Shown here piece after piece: positions 61,675 through 64,000 of a stretch of 64,000 nt of DNA. Source of the DNA: Aulosira sp. ZfuVER01 (GTDB lineage: Bacteria > Cyanobacteriota > Cyanobacteriia > Cyanobacteriales > Nostocaceae); NCBI GenBank assembly GCA_034530615.2, contig JAVRCV020000032.1, forward strand, positions 128,001-192,000, given 5' to 3'. The position numbers and the translations under genes are program-made. The notes beneath the pieces are model-generated. The model did no database searches. It was not told where the DNA came from and worked only from the letters and a program-made list of their open reading frames with translations. The first letter of the stretch is position 1, and each line of letters begins with the position of its first letter.

Positions 61675-62075
61675 TGTTTTTGCCTTCAGTATTGCACTGG
61701 CAAAATAACTAAAAAAATTCTTATAAAATATCCATTAATACAATTCAGTTCATGAATTTCTCTATTTCAAGCTCCCTATTTAAAAATATCCCCAAGCACC
61801 ATTGATAATCAAAGGCTAAAAAGGCTGATCTGAATTGTATTTACTTATGTTGTGGTAATGCACCCAAAAGAGTATTTTTAAAATCGGTAATCTAGTCAGT
61901 TTAAATACTAGATATTTTAGGTTTTCGTAACATCTGTCATTAGGTATATTATTGATAAATAACACATTGATTTTTTAGCCAAAAATATCAAATATTTCAA
62001 TATAATAAAATATAAAAATATTTATCATATTGATGATTTTGAATTGATAATCCATTGACTGTAATAAAAATCCGC

Positions 62076-63989
62076 TTAAAAATTATATTTACTGTCATCT
62101 ATCCTCTGAGTCAGCCAAAATTTGGGCACAGGCCATGATAACTCACAAAGAGTACCTCTAGGATAAAGGGAAACTCTCCGAAATTTCCCTTTGAGTTGTC
62201 GAGCTAAATTTCTAAATTGCTGTGTTCCTCTGCCTTCTCTATATGAACTGATAGCTAATCCATCATCTACAATGCTAAGAGTCTGCCAGCCTTCAGACAA
62301 AGAACTAGTAACTTCCAAGCGAGTAACTCTGGTTGCGTGTTTGCCAACATTACATAAAGCTTCTTCTAGAAAGCGGCAAAGTCTTCGTTTGTCTTCAATG
62401 CTCAAATATCCTTCATCTATTGGTTCAAAAGTGCGGATTTTTACTCTGAGACTTTTAAAGCAGGGAAAGTCTCGTTCTAAGGTATAGCTGTAAACTTGAT
62501 AGAGAATTTCATGCATCGGGTCTTGTAAATTAATTAATAGCCCCTTTTCTAGATACAAGCTACTATCTTGGTTTATCGGTTCTCGTTGCAAAAATTCATA
62601 AATTCCTCGGAGATCCTGATTTAATTTTTCCAATTCTTTTTGCACTTCTGGCAGTAATTTCTCTGTAGGTAGGTTGCGATCGCGAACCAACTTCAAAACT
62701 TTAGCCAGAGTTTGCAGCGGCCCATTGTGAATTGTTTCAAATGTTAGTTCCATCATAGAATGACGAGCGTTAATTCCAGAACGCAAAGCTTGTTCGTATT
62801 GATATAAAGCTGTGAGTCCTAGAGCATTCAAAGTATAAATAATTATTGCTGGTGTGACTGGAATCCACCATCCCCAAGTTAAGAATAAATAACTAACAAA
62901 CACTAAGATAAAACTAACGCCAGTAATAGCCAAAAGGTTAATCAAAGGGAATTTAGTCAGCCTAGCATGAGCAATTCCTAAAAAAGCCCAAGCGACAATC
63001 CAGATATATTCCCATTCATCTGGCCAAGTATTTAAGAGTGGTCGAGAATTCAAAACTGCACTGATAATTTGACTAACAGCATGGGCATGAATTTCTACTC
63101 CATAAACTTGGCCTGGTGGTGCAAATTTGGCAGATGGAATCGCGGAAGTAGTGGTAAAGTCTTTAGCACTAGGGGCAGTCATCCCAATAATCACAATGCG
63201 ATCGCGTATCCACTCTGGTGGGACTTTTCCGGCTTTAATATCGCCAAGAGTAACTGTTCTAAATCGTTCTCGACCACTGCGAAAGTTAAACAGTACTTGA
63301 AATCCGCCTGCATCGGTTCGCACATATCCCCCAGAGTTACTGAAGACACGAGGTAGTTCAGTATTGCCGAATTTGATAGTGTTGCGATCGCCAGTTCCAT
63401 GTTCTAGGTTAATACCCTTAGCAGCTAAATAAGCCTCTGCCAAAAGTAGAGACAAGGCAAATTTATTTCCTTGAGGTGTTGTTGTTCTTAAGAGACTGCG
63501 CCTTAATTTCCCATCAACATCCGGGATTTGATCTACAAAACCTACTTGTGCACTGGGTAAATCTGGTGGTGGATCAACTGTCTTAGGTAATACTTTTGCA
63601 ATACCAATTAAATTTTTAGTATTTCTAAATATACTTTCTAGTTCTGAGTGTCCAGGCTCAACAGGTATATCCCTAACAATATCAAGACCAATAACTTTAG
63701 GCGCGTAAGATTGTAATTTTCTTACCACCGCAGCCATTTCCCGATCTGCTACAGGATATCCTACCTGATGGATATCATCTTCATTAATCCCTACAATCAG
63801 AATTCGTTCATCTATATTTTCTGTAAGACGCAGACGCAGAAAAGTATCAAAAACTAGCCATTCTAAAGATTGCATTGAACCAGTAAGACGAGCAATCATC
63901 ACCAGACAAAGAACTACAATGCCTGGTAATAGACCTACACGCCAAACGGCCAGTTCTGCGGTGATTCTTTGCCAAAGTCCAGGCTGCAT
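62076..63989 (-). CDS. CHASE2-domain sensor histidine kinase
   Basis: CHASE2 (IGLDIVRD, YGVEIHA), 3 TM, TIHNGPLQ H-box, EEALCNVGKHA, DDG. Confidence 0.88.
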   Translation of the reverse strand: MQPGLWQRITAELAVWRVGLLPGIVVLCLVMIARLTGSMQSLEWLVFDTFLRLRLTENIDERILIVGINEDDIHQVGYPVADREMAAVVRKLQSYAPKVIGLDIVRDIPVEPGHSELESIFRNTKNLIGIAKVLPKTVDPPPDLPSAQVGFVDQIPDVDGKLRRSLLRTTTPQGNKFALSLLLAEAYLAAKGINLEHGTGDRNTIKFGNTELPRVFSNSGGYVRTDAGGFQVLFNFRSGRERFRTVTLGDIKAGKVPPEWIRDRIVIIGMTAPSAKDFTTTSAIPSAKFAPPGQVYGVEIHAHAVSQIISAVLNSRPLLNTWPDEWEYIWIVAWAFLGIAHARLTKFPLINLLAITGVSFILVFVSYLFLTWGWWIPVTPAIIIYTLNALGLTALYQYEQALRSGINARHSMMELTFETIHNGPLQTLAKVLKLVRDRNLPTEKLLPEVQKELEKLNQDLRGIYEFLQREPINQDSSLYLEKGLLINLQDPMHEILYQVYSYTLERDFPCFKSLRVKIRTFEPIDEGYLSIEDKRRLCRFLEEALCNVGKHATRVTRLEVTSSLSEGWQTLSIVDDGLAISSYREGRGTQQFRNLARQLKGKFRRVSLYPRGTLCELSWPVPKFWLTQRIDDSKYNF

Positions 63990-64000
63990 AAATTGATTTC

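Overview
Chromosomal window from a heterocyst-forming (Nostocales-type) cyanobacterium, judged from frequent HIP1 GCGATCGC sites, heptamer STRR repeats, ycf34/ycf51 and a knotless-phytochrome kinase. Housekeeping genes are nadE, dnaK-dnaJ, tsaB and a tRNA nucleotidyltransferase. There are three toxin-antitoxin loci: hicAB, a CHAT-domain/antitoxin fusion plus RelE, and DUF1778-GNAT. A 15-kb TpsB-TpsA-TpsA-CHAT-DUF928-CHASE2 kinase-hybrid kinase operon has a DUF928 protein carrying seven tandem GGASR-ending repeats. A MoxR/DUF58/SpoIIM/RDD cluster follows. The most striking part is a minus-strand translation-stress island (~50.9-54.7 kb). It holds a 29-gene tRNA array behind a sigma70 promoter with TGTAGTAT operator boxes and an rRNA-type boxA. 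Three non-tRNA structured RNAs are embedded in it, one a circularly permuted, Ser-like tRNA mimic resembling YrlA Y RNA, and one tRNA-CAU is interrupted by a small mobile repeat. Upstream lies an HNH nuclease gene under the same operator plus an apparent uORF/antiterminator/terminator attenuator. All calls were made by eye; no searches were run.
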